Source: a bacterium (GTDB lineage: Bacteria; Bacteroidota; Bacteroidia; Bacteroidales; FEN-979). Taken from it: DNA of 64,000 nucleotides. The DNA lies in NCBI GenBank assembly GCA_037141055.1, contig JBAXDH010000001.1, forward strand, positions 9,301 through 73,300, given 5' to 3'. Both the position numbers and the translations under genes were made by a program. Positions 63,513 through 64,000 of the stretch are shown here, one piece after another (position 1 is the first letter of the stretch; each line of letters begins with the position of its first letter). The notes below the pieces were generated by a model. That model made no database searches and was not told where the DNA came from. It worked only from the letters and a program-made list of their open reading frames with translations.

Positions 63513-63953
63513 TCAGGTCATGAATTTCAGGTTCATACTGTACAGGAGGATAAAAAGGCCGGAGAAAAGCATTTCAGGGAATCCGGGGCTTGCCAGGTGC
63601 ATGAAATACATTGGCGCAAGTACCAAAAGAATCTGGAAGATCGTGTACACATGAAATCCTGACTTTTTAAGACGCATCATCAGGATTGCCCCGGCGAGTG
63701 ACCCGGCATAAAAAGCAGCGGTCACCAGAAAATAAATCGGTTTGGTTTCAAGCAATAAATCAATTCCCGGAATGTTGAATTTTTTACTGAATTCCCGGGC
63801 AACCTCAACGAAAACATCATAAAATCCTGCAATTACCAGGCTTGAGAAGAGGTTCATTCCGCTGCCTATAAAGGTAAGGATGCACAACACGGTAAGTAAT
63901 GTGGGTCGCAGGGGTTTATTTTCCGGCAAGGCCTGGGGAGTTATTTCGTCCAT
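63513..63953 (-). CDS. small 4-TM membrane protein (hypothetical), paralogue A
   Basis: 146 aa. RPTLLTVLCILTFIGSG.. and MRLKKSGFHVY resemble WKLRKTGYYLL in paralogue B. A 2-nt gap separates it from the next gene. Confidence 0.5.
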   Translation of the reverse strand: MDEITPQALPENKPLRPTLLTVLCILTFIGSGMNLFSSLVIAGFYDVFVEVAREFSKKFNIPGIDLLLETKPIYFLVTAAFYAGSLAGAILMMRLKKSGFHVYTIFQILLVLAPMYFMHLASPGFPEMLFSGLFILLYSMNLKFMT

Positions 63954-64000
63954 CGTTAAGCGTCAAATTTTGATTTATCTCCGATATAGGTTGCGTTTCC

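Noticed and set aside
63954-64000. Possible further gene at the right edge
   Set aside because: Only 47 nt remain, which is not enough to support any call.
1-64000. Mobile elements, prophage, defence systems (restriction-modification, toxin-antitoxin, CRISPR-Cas, retron, CBASS-like), tRNA or rRNA genes
   Set aside because: I found no integrase, transposase, nuclease, methyltransferase or reverse-transcriptase motifs in any frame. No intergenic stretch resembled a tRNA or rRNA. The window reads as core chromosome with metabolic and signalling islands. A tRNAscan/Infernal run would be needed to be certain about small RNAs.

Overview
This looks like a 64-kb chromosomal segment of a Bacteroidota genome. 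Supporting signs are a SusC/SusD pair, CarboxypepD_reg-type TonB-dependent receptors, a DUF5686 protein, lipoprotein signal peptides and several TAnnTTTG -7 boxes. Radical-SAM and 2-oxoacid:ferredoxin oxidoreductase genes suggest an anaerobic or facultative lifestyle. I call about 57 protein genes. I saw no rRNA, tRNA, CRISPR array, transposase, integrase or phage gene. Housekeeping genes are der (3' end), dtd, pdxJ, tatC, tatA, queA, pssA, lptB, kpsF, recQ and deoC. Five modules deserve a second look. (1) 12.2-21.9 kb: a tightly coupled 7-gene operon in which a Cache histidine kinase, a receiver-PP2C phosphatase and a STAS protein with a long unassigned C-terminal domain are wired to an ABC importer, with no anti-sigma kinase or sigma factor. 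(2) 21.9-25.7 kb: lysine 2,3-aminomutase plus two Ddl-like ATP-grasp ligases plus a GNAT, which predicts an undescribed beta-lysine conjugate or protein modification. (3) 29.4-35.7 kb: an ECF sigma/anti-sigma/Spy-like module, a secreted metallothionein-like Cys/Gly protein and an SQR-like/DUF1641/TusE/DsrE/cysteine-synthase sulfur cluster, with a 14-bp tandem repeat in its internal promoter region. (4) 51.1-58.0 kb: iorAB followed by an alpha-oxoamine synthase, an SDR and two paralogous GNAT-like genes (ceramide or sulfonolipid-type lipid pathway), interrupted by a GC-rich multi-hairpin element. (5) A 1021-aa ABCG-like transporter with an unassigned N-terminal region. All protein calls rest on motif recognition by eye. 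No database search was run, and start codons were chosen manually.
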